Assembly: GCF_009914755.1 (NCBI RefSeq)
Contig: NC_060935.1
Strand: one strand, 5' to 3'
DNA length: 64,000 bases
Source: the human T2T-CHM13v2.0 reference genome, Homo sapiens
Positions 38,559 through 52,300 of the stretch are shown here, one piece after another (position 1 is the first letter of the stretch; each line of letters starts with the position of its first letter). A program made the translations under genes and the position numbers. Under the pieces are notes generated by a model. That model ran no database searches. It was given only the letters and a program-made list of their open reading frames with translations, and had not been told where the DNA came from.

Positions 38559-39156
38559 AAACTAGTACAACTGCTATGGAAAACAGTATGGAGATTTCTC
38601 AAAGAGCTAAAAATAGAATTACCATTTGATTCAGCAATCCCACTACTGGCTATCTGCCCAAGGGAAAAGAATTCATTATACCACAAAGATGCCTGCTCGC
38701 ATATGTTTATCACAGCATTATTCACAATAGAAACAATATGGAATCAACCTAAGTGTCTATCAAGAGATGATTGGATAAAGAAAATGTGGCATATATACAC
38801 AATGGAATACTATTCAGCCATTAAAAAGAACAAATCATGTCTTTTGCAGCAATGAGGATGGAACAGGAGGCCATTATCTTAAGTAAAACAAATCAGACAC
38901 AGAAATACAAATTCAACATTCTCACTTACAAGTAGGAACTAAAATAACATGTTTGCATGAATGTAGAATGTGTAATGATGGATAATAGAGATTAGGAAGA
39001 TTGAGTAGTGGAGAGGAGCACAGATTATGAGCAATTACTTAATAGGTACAACGTACATTATTTGGGTGATGAACACCCTAAAAGATCTGACTTTACCGCT
39101 GTGCAATTTAGGGATATAACAAAATTATACTTGCATTCCATATATTTATTAAAAAA
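38559..39156 (+). mobile_element. 5'-truncated L1PB-like 3' end
   Basis: ORF2 end plus 3'UTR; TSD-like tgtgaca(c/g)attttt on both sides. Confidence 0.85.
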
Positions 39157-40571
39157 GATGTGACAGATTTTTAGGGATTGTTGGCCAAGTAAAAACTATA
39201 GATTTCATGCTGAGTGAGATGGAAGGAATTTCAGGGTTTGGAATAGCATTATGAAACGAATTGAAGATGCTCTCATTGAGAATGAAATAAATGATTAAAG
39301 GGTCTCGAGATAGATTCAGATAAGTAAGGGTATAGTAGCCAACTGATGAAGAGGATGCATTAAAAAGATAACATTCGGGGAAGGGCAGAGAGTTGACAAA
39401 TGAGGTGTTAAGAAGTAAAACTAGACTGACCTCACAAAAGAGAAAATTAAGACAAAGGCATTGTGATTTATGCATAATTGTCAATTTGTATGTGTACATA
39501 TATGGGTCCACTTGTCAAGCTTTCATTGCCTACAGCTCTTTTGACTATTTATTTTCCTTCAGGAGCCCATACTTTAAAAACATTTTCTCAACCGAAGATA
39601 ATTTATTTATAATTAATTCATGCCATCATATTTTTTCAAAGCCATAAGTAACCTCAATCTCAACTTCCAATGGGTGACAGCAAACCAATGTCATCCTCTC
39701 CTGGAGTCACCATTCTAGCCAAGAGCAAATGAACCTATGATTTCCATCAACCTGTACTGCCTTATTGCAATTAATATATTGTATCCCTTAGTTTCTTTTA
39801 AACACTGGAAATAGCTTTAGCTTGTACACTCCCTTTTCTTTTTCGGTGGAATCCCAGGAGTCTCTGAACCATAAGTGTGGTATTCAAATTACTCATGTAA
39901 ACCTACAGATACAATGTGTATCTTACATAACCATTATATACATATTCCATCCTATATGTGCATGTATTACACACAATGCATTTTATCTCTAGAATATATG
40001 TATATATTGTGTATATAGTGCTTTCAAATAAGGTCATATTCACAGGTTTACACAGTTAGAATGTGTACTTATCATTGTAGGGAATACCATTCAATTCACC
40101 GCAGAGGTATTTATTGGAAAAATGTGTATTGGAAAGGAGAACTATCAGGCTGCATTATTTGTTAACCATCTAAGATTATTATGTTAATATAAAAGATCTC
40201 ATAAACAGAAGCTCTTATTACCTAGTCAATAGTTGTTTTATTTCTTATTGATATATGATTATGCTGCTGAATTGTGAATTTAATTTGGGGCATGAATGTG
40301 TCATACATCTTCATCCAATCAGAAGATTCAGTTCAGATGTGTCTATATAATATATGTGTTTATCTTTCAGAAACTTTGTAAGTAAAGAATATTACCCTTA
40401 CAGATAAGTCACTCTCACTGGAGAGAAGATCGTGAGGTAGGGAAGAATGTGGAAATTAACATCTCTGAGTACATGTTCCCAACGATAGGGCCATATTGAT
40501 GAGGGGTCGGAAAGCAGGAGCCTGCCAAAGAGCAAAAGATATGCCCGTGTGGACAAGAGGTTACTTTATTA

Positions 40572-40895
40572 TTTATTTATTCATTAATTCATTCATTTAT
40601 TCATTTACTTATTTTGAGACGGAGTCTTGCTCTGTCACCCAGACTGGAGTGCAGTGGTGCAATTTCAGCTCACTGCAGCCTCTGCCTCCCGGGTTCAAGT
40701 GATTCTCGTGTCAGCCTCCCGAGTAGCTGGAATTATGGGTGCCCACCATTACACCTGGCTAATTTTTGTATTTTTAGTAGAGACGGGGTTTCGCCAGGTT
40801 TGTCAGGCTGGTCTGGAATTCCTGACCTCAAGTAATCTGTCTGCCTCGGCCTCCCAAAGTGTTGGGATTACATGCATGAGCCACCATGCCTGGAC
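40572..40895 (-). mobile_element. AluS (Sx/Sz-like)
   Basis: Reverse Alu with (TTTA/TTCA)n tail; TSD aggttactttatta at 40558-40571 and 40897-40910. Confidence 0.93.
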
Positions 40896-41899
40896 AAGGT
40901 TACTTTATTAAACGGGGTAGGACCTCTTATTAGATTGGTTCACCTGGAGGATGGTCTTAGTGATACCTGACTTTGAGTCTCTTTCAGTCTCTCTGCAAAG
41001 CTCATTTTGAAAGGCATTTCTGAGTCTCCTACTAAATGCCAGACACTGAGATGAGCAAATGAACAAAATAAAAGTCTCTGACTCTAGAGAACATCAACCC
41101 TGGAGTGTGGCAAGGCAGGAGGCAGTGGTGGGGGACAAGGAAGAGAAACATATGCATTCTCTACATTCAAATCTTATTATACTTTAATATTTTAGAGAAT
41201 AAAACAGGAGGGGAAGTCAGAACAAATAAAGGACAAGATCTGAAAACTGTTAAGGACTTTAAAATTATATTCAAATTTATTTAAGTACCCTTAAATTTAC
41301 TTAGTGTATAACAGAAGAGAAAGCTGAGTTATATTGGTTACCTTCTGTTTTGTAAACGCAAATTAATTTTACAGTGTCTCTCTTAGCCAGATAAAACCAT
41401 TGATATTTATTGACAAGTAAATCAAAAGCATTTATGGTTACTGGCTTCTTAATTTCATCTACTCTCGTTTCTGTCACTGGGGAGTTTTCAGCACTTATAT
41501 TGGTCTATTTTGATGAAAGACTCACAACAGAGGGCAACTAAAACAAGAGTGTTCCTCAAGTGATTTTTCTAGGATGTAAGACATAGATTATTACTTTATT
41601 AGCCCTCCCCAAATTTTGAGGACATTCGTACATAAATCTGAGAGTTATTTTCATGAGATTATCTCACCAGATGGCTTACTTAAATATTTGTACCATTGTA
41701 GAAGTAATTACTTCATCTGGGAGAAAAAAAAAAGTTCAAAAGCCCTGGATTATTTCTGTCTGTTTTCATTTGTTTCATTTCTATTTTACTTTCTAGACAG
41801 GAGTAAACTTACATTTCTATGATAAATAGATGTTGGTAAGGTTTTGGAAAATACATATATGTCAAAATATAGGAAATTCTCTGTGTCAGAAATAACCAC

Positions 41900-43150
41900 A
41901 GTTATGGTGTAATGAATGCAATACTCAACAGAGAGTTGGAAAATAAGGCATAAATTTTGAGTTTTAGTAAATATGAGCTATGTAACCTTGTGCAAGTCAC
42001 TTAATCTTACTAACATCATATTCATCTGCTAAAAATTGAGTAAATAATGGAAACTCCATTGAGCCATTATATGAATTAAAACATAATGCCACATTTGAAA
42101 GTGCTAAGGAATCCACGCCAGAAAAGGCTAATTAAGGAGTTAGTCAATTACCATTATCAATTTTTTAAATACTAAATAATTACTAGTTTGAACATCTAGT
42201 ACTGCTAGTAACAGGTTATATTTTGCCTAGCTATTCGAAGCAGTTAAAAAGAGTTCCTTTGAGGATTTGAGGCAGTTTGGCTAACAGGGAAAGAATCCTG
42301 GCCTGGAAGCAGATACCCAAGTTCAATTTCTCGGTGTTCTATTTGCCTGAAGTGACACCTTGGGTAGATTATTTGACTTTTCAGGGCCACATGTCCTCAT
42401 CTATATAATGAGGATGGTTATGAAAAATAAATTACTACTTGTAAAGTACTTAGAGGCTTGTCTGGAATGTTATGTCAGCCCTGTGGATGTTAGCTAGTAG
42501 TGATCATCACTGAGTTTTCCTGAAAGCCTTCCAACAGCTGGGAGGCCACAGCTGGCCACACTCTAGTGTCCCACAGAGGGACCACAGGAGTCTCCTCCTC
42601 TTGCCTTCCATGCCCCCACTCTGTCCAAAACTGCTAGTAGTGCCACACAAGGACATAGAAACTGAGAGCAAGACTGAGAGAATAAGACTAAGAGAGAGAG
42701 AATTCTGAAAATAGAACAAAATGCTATTTTATCAAAACAGAGCAGAGTTTGGAAGGCTTCTAGTGCTCTATCTTCTCACTAAATATTTGTATGACTTTAA
42801 AATGTCACAATTGCTCTGCAGCAGTATTTACTCATGCGAATATTAGAAATTATTATAATTACATGGAACATTTGTTTAGGGTTTTACCATTTACAAGGTG
42901 GGAGAGCAGAATAACTTAATCGTGAACACCAGAGCTTTGGAATCAAGCAGGATTAGATCCCAGGTTTGTTGTTTACTAGCTGGTCAAGTCATTTAACTTC
43001 TCTATGCCTCAGTGTTTTAATTTGAAAACTAGTAATTCAGAAATGTTCCTCAGAATTATTAAAGATTTAAATAAAATTGTTTATTCTCATATATATATTT
43101 ATAGAATCTCATAGCAGAAAATTTGGCAGTGGTGATGCACATAAATGGTA
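41900..43150 (+). mobile_element. Three MIR relics (~41900-42110, ~42280-42500, ~42910-43150)
   Basis: MIR core motifs such as taaccttgtgcaagtcacttaatct and caagtcatttaacttctctatgcctcagt. Confidence 0.6.
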
Positions 43151-45151
43151 GCTTTAAAAACAATTTTTTCTGTCTGTTGTATGTAATTTATATAATTTGC
43201 GTGTAATCCCACCATGATTAGAAAAAATATTATCTGAGGAGACTAAATGCAGCATAAGTCAATTTTGGAGAAAGTGGTTATAAAACAATTCCACAGAAAA
43301 CATGGGAATATGCCCTAAAATATTGACTATGGTTATTAAAATGAGGGAAAATATGAGGCAATATTTCTTATCTATACTTATCCATATTTTAGCATTCCAT
43401 ACAAACATCATGTTTTCCATATTTGAGAAAATTATATGTGCCATGAAAATACTTGTCAACTTTGTCCATCTTGCAAACCTACTCTCCCCTGTCTTCTACC
43501 TAGGAACTGTAATAGGAGGTATTGCTCCTAAAAATCTATGATCGCATGATATATTTTGAAAATAATGGTCATAATTCACCATATTTTCTTACATGATGGA
43601 AAAAATTTGTTAGTCTCTTTTCTAGTAATATGAATAAAAATGATCATCTTGGGTTTGGTAAGTAGTGACTGCATGCTTACTACCATCCCTGCTAGGAGTT
43701 TCTTTCCTCTGCACCACCTCTTTCACATATAGCCCCCAGAATATATCTTTCTAAACCCAGATTCGGTAACTATCTTTCCACAAGCTTAAAAATGACTGCT
43801 CAAAGCATAAAAATAAGAGGCTATTTTTTGCCTGTTTTAAAAAGTAGTATGGCCTTAAGTTCTGTTTTCAGCTTCTTATCCTATTATACCTTATTTTAAC
43901 AAAGTATCTCATTTTCTAGGTATATTGGAATACAGTCTTCAAGTTTGGGGTCATTTTCTCTCTCTGACTGACATGAATTATGATTTCCTCATTATTCGAC
44001 TGTGAAAATCCTTTTAATATCTCAGTTCAACCTAAAACTTCACCAAAAGCAGATATTAAACTGTTTGTTCAGATTTCAGAATGCCCAGTGAATGAGTCAC
44101 ATTTACAAAGTGTGAGTTTACCTATATGCATATGGTGGTCCCTTCTCTCCATACTGCAAGGAAACCCGTTATTCTAGCATTCTTAGTTGCCTTATATTAG
44201 TACTCTGATGGTCAGAAACCCTAATCACTTTGAACTTGGCAGCCTGTTAGTGGTAAGACTTGGACTTTGAGGCCGAAGTCCTTTCTTGGAGACGTTGAGT
44301 CCAAATTTATATATTGTACTTGAATCCAGATTTTTCAAAACGTTTAATTGGCAGTTACAGGCAATGCCCCAACTAAAATTAAAGTGGAACTTACATTTCT
44401 CATTTGTCCTTGTTCCTTGAGTATATTATTGCCTTGGAAACCTTGTGGGAAATAGATGATTTATAAAGCATGGTTCTATTAATCTTGGGTTTCTCTAGCC
44501 AAACAACATTTAACAGCAATCTAAAACTTATCGTACATGTAGTATATTAGCAAAATTGCCATCCTGTTCTTACTCATATACTTCCTCGCTCAAAGTGGCT
44601 GGTGTCTAAGGTAAAAAGTGTCTCCAGACTCGTTCATATTATTCTTTTCTACTTTCCACTGCCAGGTAAATCAATGGCCAGACTACACTGCCATCCCTTT
44701 TTTTTCTGAATTTTTGTCTACTTTTTTTTTTTTCACTCTGAATCTCATGCTTCTTTTTAATAAAGCAGGATGTTCCCAAACTCTTCATCCTCACCAGTAC
44801 ACACACACACACACACACACATTTTCTATTTTCATCTCTAGCTTGTTTCCGTGATGGCACTTATAAATTAAATTTGCTTATTTCTATGTTTGCTTGTTGT
44901 TTCTTGGCCATCCTCACTGGTATCTCCAAGATGCAGAGGGTGTGCCTTTCTTACTCATCTCTATAACCCCAGTTACCATAGCAGTGTCTAGCACAAATGA
45001 GAAACACAATAATAACAAATTCATTCTCATCTAATATTAGTGCCCAAAGCTCTGGAACATGAAGCCCACCTACTGCAATAATAGTCATTTTGGGGACAAA
45101 TACGATTTTTCCTGCTACTTGTGTTTTTCCTCTAGAGATTATGAGTATATA

Positions 45152-45786
45152 CTTTTTTAAATTATGGTAAAATACATATAATCAACTTTTCCATCTGAAC
45201 CATTTTAAGGGTAAAATTCAGTGGCATCATACATATTCACAGTGCTAAGTAACTATCAGCACTATTTCCAAAATCACTTCACCTCAGATGGAAACTCCAT
45301 CCCCACTAAGCAATCACTCCCCAGTTCCCACTTCCCCAGTCCCTGGTAGTCTTTACTCTACTTTCTACCTCCATCAACGTATCTATTCCAGATATTTCAT
45401 ATAATTGAAATCATACAATATTTGTCTTCTTGTATCTAGTTTATTTTTTCAGTCTAGTGTTTTCAGGGTTTATCCGTGTTGTGGCATGTATCAGACTTCA
45501 TTCCTTCTTAAGGCTAAATATGCCATTGTATGAATATACAGGACAACATTTTGTTCATCTATTTATCTACTGATGAACACCAAGTTTATTTGGCTATCAT
45601 AAGTAATGTTTTTATGAACATTGATATGCAAATATTTGTTTGAGTTTCTGTTCTCAATACTTCTTTGAGAACCTAGGAGTTCTCAAATACCTAGGAGTGG
45701 AATTTTTGTTTCATATGTAAACTCTACATTTAACTGTTTGTGGAACCACCAAATGGTTTCCACAGCAGTTACATCATTTTACATTG
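45152..45786 (-). mobile_element. L1MB-like 3' end
   Basis: aaccattttaagg...aattcagtggcat...atttcatataattgaaatcatacaata...tttccacagcagttacatcattttacatt. Confidence 0.85.
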
Positions 45787-47874
45787 TGATGGGTATAGTT
45801 TTGATTGGCTTTCTTTCTTTAGCTGAGGCTGTGAAGAGGGAGTGAATTAGACAAAAACCTGAACAATTCTCAAACATATATGTTTAGACTATATATGTCT
45901 AAGATTGTCAAATGGTTAGACAAAGAGGAATATCCTATATGGTTTGAATCAGCAGCACTTTTAAGCAAGAACATGATAAACCATACATTTAAAATGTATT
46001 TCAAGCAAGAATCCAGTAGGTGAAATGTCTATTCACGTCAATATGTAGCCATAGAAATGGGCTCAATACTTAAAAACACACAATGTAGAACGTATTTTTT
46101 TTTGTTTCAGATAAAGTCCTAAAATATGCAACCCAAAATCCAAGAAATATTTTAAAATTGCTGGTCTCTATCCCTTTTCAGTAGCTAGAGAATGGGAACA
46201 AAAACAAATCCAAAGTTCTCCTGAATTTTAAGGTTTAAATCTTTTATTGAAATGCTCTAAAATAACAAGCGAATGCGTCCAGTCATGTTTGGAAAAAAAA
46301 TGTTGCTTTGTAAATAAGAATATATTTTTTCCTAGTCACTTCTTGATTTTTCCATGCAAGTCACGTGTTCCCAAAAGATGAAAAAGATTAAATATTTACC
46401 ATAGAACATCTAAAAACAATAAAAAAAGGGACTAGTCCCCACTGTATATAAAGCTCTGCTCCAGGCAGAAGGATAACTAGTTGGAGTCTCTGGGCACTCA
46501 TAAGAGAACAGATTCATTTTTAACAAGTCCTTCGCCTACACAGAACTGTAATTGCATAGCTTGTGTGGTGTCTGTATCTTTATCATTTTCTATTTATTCA
46601 TCTATCCTGTGTTTCCTGTTCATTTCCTGTGAAAAATGAATAATTAAATAAGCTAACAAATTAAACAAATTTAACAAATTAAAACAAACAAATGAGAAAG
46701 CATATGGATTTTTTGTACTCAACAGTGACACTTTCCCTCACTGTTGGAATACTCTAAACACCTTTCTATCCATATGATGGGTAGTATATTTAATTCGTGT
46801 ACCACCCAGGTAGCATAGTGTATAGAAAACAGCATTAGGGTTCACAGACTTTGTTTTTATCCTGGCTCTACTTCTAATAAGCTGTTTGACTTTGAATATG
46901 TCACTAAACCTCTTTAGGCTATGTTTCCTTATTCGTAAATTGAGCAAGTTGAACCAGATCACTGGTTTACACATTGTGTTGCCTCAGAAGCTAAAATTGG
47001 AGATGAGGGGGAAGTAAATTAGTAGGGCTCTGTGCTCACTGTGCTTACTTTAAATACAGTGGTTTTACTTTCATTTGCCTTATGCATTTGGCATCTGTGC
47101 ACAGTTTTATTTGGGAAGAAGAAAAAGTCCCTCTTTTGGAAATGGTGGTGGGGAACCTAGAAATATGAACTAGTCAGTAACAATTCTTTGCTACCCAAGT
47201 ACGAAATTATTTATTGTCTTAATATACAACCAGTAAAAATAACAGCATCTAACCAGTTGGGGTGTTGATGAGAAGTCACAAATAAGTATTGTACAATACT
47301 GTAAGTATTGGCGAAGTTCAGAGGAACGTGTATCTGTATAACTTCCTAAAATGACCAAATGAAGAGTATTAGAGCATTCAAAAATTGAGATTGTGAAGCA
47401 GGAGTATTGCTTCAAAAATAACATTGTTATTTTTCAATAGGTATTCCGCATCAAGATAATACATTTTTAAAAATGTACATACTTTGGTATAACTAAAATA
47501 ATGATAATGCAACATTTTTCAATTTACTGCCATCAAACAAATTGATGTTTGTTACTTTCTTAAAGGGGCTGACTTATCCTAAGGAACTTTATTCTCTCAT
47601 ATTTCATGGAAATAACATTAGACTAGAAAACAAGGCTCTCATCTGGTCTTGGCTTCCTAAAGTGCACAGGTAAAGGCTTGCATTTGCCCTCTATGCATTT
47701 GATTTGCTCTCTCTTTCTCTGCATTGTCACACTTTTGCCATGGAGATCATTATATACTGTGTATGTATATGCATGCATGTGTATGTGTTGGTGGGAGGGG
47801 GGAGGGCTCAGGCTAACCTGTCCATAATGAAGAATAATATCTCAGTTCATAAGTTTTTAAAAAATGTCAGATTT

Positions 47875-48500
47875 CTCCATCTTCAGAGTTGAAAGCATCC
47901 ATAATAGTCATTTTGTCCAACATCCTTGTTAATGTTCAATCTTTCTATAGTATCTCTTAAAGATTTTCCAGTAATAGAAACTATATTCCATTATGAAACA
48001 GCTGAACTTATTTTAAAACAAACAAACAAAAGCACTTGATAAAATTCCATTCCTTGGATGTGAGTTTTACTCTCTTAAGACACAGACTATTCTTTACCTA
48101 TTGACCTGTTGTCCTCATGCCAGTCCCTTAAATGCCTGATGGAGGCTGACATGTTCCCAGGTCTACATACATGAGCATGGAACTTGGGATTGCAAATTTG
48201 AGTAGCAATATGCTTGATTCAATCCTCCCTGTTGCTATTTTAATATTCTTAATAACTTTTGAACAAATGCTCCCTGATTTTTATTTTGCAGTGGGCCTTG
48301 CAAATTATGTAGCCAGTTATGCATAATCCTTAAATCATCTATCCTCAAGCTTAATAACCCCAGTTCCTACAGTATCTGTTCATGATCATTGGTATTAAAT
48401 AGGTTTGTTTGTCAATGACCATGTTAGAAGGTAATGGCCAGAATTGAGCACAGTGCTCTAGGTGTGGTCTGATCAGTGAGAAAATCAGAGGCATGATTAT
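47875..48500 (-). mobile_element. L3/CR1 relic interrupted by a MER91-like hAT element (~48165-48322)
   Basis: ccagaattgagcacagtgctctaggtgtggtctga (L3); ttttattttgcagtgggccttgcaaattatgtagcc (MER91). Confidence 0.55.
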
Positions 48501-48509
48501 ATCCCATGG

Positions 48510-49320
48510 TGATATCTCCTGTGCCTCTCTATTCTCACCCGCTCAAGATCCAGTCTCTCGACAATTCTCTGCCCTGCTCTGAGCCCAAGAAGGCAAACTC
48601 ATGCAGAGGGTAGCAGTTGAGATCCCTTCCTGTCTGGCATCCAGCTGGGTTAATGGAAGGCAATAGGGGATGGCAATGTAGAAGAGAGAATTCAGGGTAT
48701 TTCCTTCCCCTCCCCTGTCTCAGAGCTGCATCCCTCTCTGTGGTAAAAACTGCATCCCTCTCTGATGAGAATTCCTACTGGTTGGTCCCTCTTTTACAGT
48801 TCCATATCTTCTTTTTTTTCCTTCTCTCTCTCTCTTTTTTTTTTTTTTTTTAGGTGGAGTCGTGCTTTGTCACCCAGGCTGGAGTGCAGTGGCACAATCT
48901 CGGCTCACTCCAACCTCTGCCTCCCAGGTTCAAGCAATCCTCCTGCCTCAGCTTCCCAAATACATGAGATTACCAGCATGTGCTCCCATGCCAGGCTAAT
49001 TTTTGTATTTTTAGTAGATATGGGATATCACCATGTTGGCCAGGCTGGTCTTGAACTCCTGACTTCAAGTGTTTTACATACCTCGGCCTCCCAAAGTGCT
49101 AGGATTACAGGTGTGAGCCATGTGGCCTACAGTTCCATATCTCACTGGTCACACAATACTGTTTTCTCTCCTTGTTCCTTCAGCCCTAGTGGGTATTAAT
49201 GGTTTCCTGCTGCTTCTGCTCCTTTAATCCTGATCACATACCACATGCATTCCTTTCGTAGAACCATCTTCATTTGAATCATATGGGGTAAATTCTGTAC
49301 CTTGCCAATGCTCTGATAAA
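48510..49320 (+). mobile_element. Old ERVL LTR (LTR33-like) split by an Alu
   Basis: ttctctgccctgctctgagccc...tcagggtatttc...ccttcagccctagtgggtattaatggtttcctgctg. Confidence 0.55.
48810..49127 (-). mobile_element. AluS
   Basis: Reverse Alu; perfect 15-bp TSD tacagttccatatct at 48795-48809 and 49128-49142. Confidence 0.93.
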
Positions 49321-52300
49321 TCACTCAGCATGTTGGTGTCATATGTCTCTTAATGTCTCCAGTTAGCATACATTTTGGACATTTCTCTAGAAGGATGAAG
49401 TTGACATTCTTTGCTTCACTGAGTCACTGATCTAGGGTCTCCTTCCACACTTCCAATCACCTTCTGAAGAGTGACAGAGGGTGCTCAAATTTCTATCTTT
49501 GAGACATCATGCTTCCAGAATATCATTAATTCAAAAATATGAAGAAATAGTTCCTACACATCAAGCATTCTCTCTCCCAAGAACTGGAGATATAGTAGTG
49601 ACCAATCACATCAAGTTCTCTATCCTAATGGAGTTTAGTGAGATTCTTGTGAGAGATCAAAGATATAAACCAGAGGCCTCTAAGAAGCTAAATAACATGA
49701 CTGGCCTAATTTAGAAGTTTTACTCTGGTTGCTGTATTCAGAATACACTGCCAGAATCCAGGAGAGGCAGCAAGAACAGTTAGAATAATACAAGTGAGGA
49801 GACATGGCAGCTTGGACTAAGGCAGTGGCAGCAGGTGGTAAGGTTATTCTGTGACTCAGCACACATCCTTGCTGCCCTGTTTCTCTGTTCCATTGAATCC
49901 CAAGGTAGGATCCATATCTTATCCTGTACTTTACCAGCTTACTACAAACAATTTGTGAATAACTGCATAGTGAATTAAAGGTCAACAATATCCACTTTAC
50001 TTTCAAGGAAAATAATTTTCCTTTTTCTTAGCAATCATAATAGGTATTTTTCTTCTTTTCTCAAACGTAAAGAAAAATGTTGTAATATTCCTGGGGACTA
50101 TGAAAGAAATTAAAAGTCAAATGAAAGTGCTCATTGAATTATTCATAGAAAATTATCTAAAATGAAATGAAAAAGGGGATTATCATCTTCAATTTGCCTC
50201 AATATTCAGGTATGGGTAAGAAAATACTCAGAAAATTAAGGTTTCCTTAACAAGATTTTTAATGGTTTTGTTAGTAACTTTTACAAAAACAAAAAGGTCA
50301 CATTTTCCAGAAGATGGAATAATCAATAACTATACTATTTTGAGCACTAGGTTTGACTACTTCTGCCTACTCTTTGTAGAATAAAAAAAAATCTAATTTT
50401 TAGTTATACTGAGAGCAAGAGAAATTCAGTGAAGGAGGAGGACAGAGAGGAGGAGGAGGAGAAAAGAAAACATCAATAAATATACTATGAAGTAGTACCC
50501 CAGAAATAAAGCTGCCCGATAGAGCTTTCCTAATGTAACAAGATTGGTGGTTTATAAAACAAAATGCAACCATCTTTTGTTGTTGAATTGTAAGACTTTT
50601 TTTAATGTGCGGCATAAGTTTGATTCAAAAACCAGTGATATCGAGGTCATATTAGAATAAATTAGTGGAGAGCTGAAATGTAATTAATTGAAAATAAGGG
50701 GAAGGGGATAAGTTCTTGCTCCCTTGCCCCATTATGGAGAGTATCTGTTTCTATTACAGCTGTTGTAGCTATCCAAGACTAAATTCAATTTTCTTGCAAA
50801 GGTCATATATTCTCTCATCTAATCAAAAATATATTATTAATATATAATGCATTAATTAATTTAAAATTCCATTAATACTTATGTGACAGGCTTTTGGACC
50901 TGGATCTTCAACAGTTATTTGACAATCCATTTCTTCAGTTCTTAGGAAATAATCTGACAATATGTATGGGCTGCAAACAGGTTTCTTTGGAGGATCTTCA
51001 AAGCACCACTACCAACATCTTCTAACTTCATATCTGCCAGTCAGGAAGAGGCTTGATAACTAGAGGTTTTGTTGTGCAGACATTATGTTCCTTAAGAACA
51101 GTTTTTTAGTCTCATGGTTGTCTACAAAACTGAAGGCCGAATAGTCTTTTATCTTCTGAAGAAAATGAAGTTTTTACTTAAGTAAAGAAAACAAAAACTA
51201 CCACAGAATAGTCAAACAATCCTGAAAGGCTATGGTCACAATAAATTTCTTATAAGATAAGATAATAATAAGATAAATTTGAGAATTAGGTAAATAATGG
51301 CTGTGCCATTTATTCTTCTTAATTATTCATTTGGTAGGAGGAGAAACAAGATGGCTGAAGAGAAGCATCCAGCAATTGTTCCCCTTGCAGGAACACCAAA
51401 TTGAACAACTGTCTACATAAGAAAGCATCTTCATAACCAAAAATCAAGCTAGCAATTACAGTGTATGCCTTTAACCTCATATCAAGGAAATAGGTATGAA
51501 AGAAGGTAGGAAAGACAGTCTTTACTTGCGTACACCACCCCTCCCCCATCCCCCAGTTCATCACAAGGCAGTAGGACAGAGAATCTGTATGCTTGGTAGA
51601 AGGAGAGTGCATTGATTTTGAGACTTCACATTATAACTCAGTTCTGACTTGTCACAGGGGAAAGTAATGCAAGGCAGAATTCAGCCAGCCTCCAAGGAGG
51701 AAGGATTTAGACCAGCCCTAGTCAAAGGGAAATAGCACATCTGAGGAGTAAGAACCTGAGCCATGGCTAGCACCACCACCATGAGTTAAATTGCCCTGAG
51801 ATCCTAAATAAACTAGAAAGGCTGCCTAGACCACAAGGACTGTAATTCCTGGGCAGTCTTGGTGCTTTGCTGGGCTTGGAGCCAGTGGACTTGGGGTGCA
51901 TGTAACTCAGTAAGAAACCAGCTGGAGCAGCAAAGGGAGTGTCATCCCTCCCCCAACTCTGGCAACACAGCTCACAATTCTGGGAGAATTCCTCCAGCTT
52001 GAGGAAAAGAGAGAGAAGAGTAAAGAGAACTTTGTCTTGCAACTTCGGTAACAGCTCAGCCGTAGTACAATAAAGCACAAATCTAATCCATAAAGACCCC
52101 AATACTAGGACATAGCTCCCAGATGACATTTCTAGACTCACCCTGGGCCAGAAGGGAACCTGCGGCCCTGAAATGAAAGACCTAGGCGTGGCAGGATTCA
52201 GTACCTCTGACTAAAGAGCCCTTGAGCATTGAATATACAGCAGCCATAGCCAGACACTAGTCACCAAAGGCCTTGGGCAGGACCCAGTACTGTGCTAGCC

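Noticed and set aside
42530-42600. Paired CAGCTG E-boxes as an enhancer
   Set aside because: Two 6-mers alone are not above chance without external data.
48765-49199. 144-aa ORF and similar ORFs at 37987, 40627, 56722 and 60851
   Set aside because: Typical antisense-Alu translations (LSPRLECSG...); not evidence of genes.
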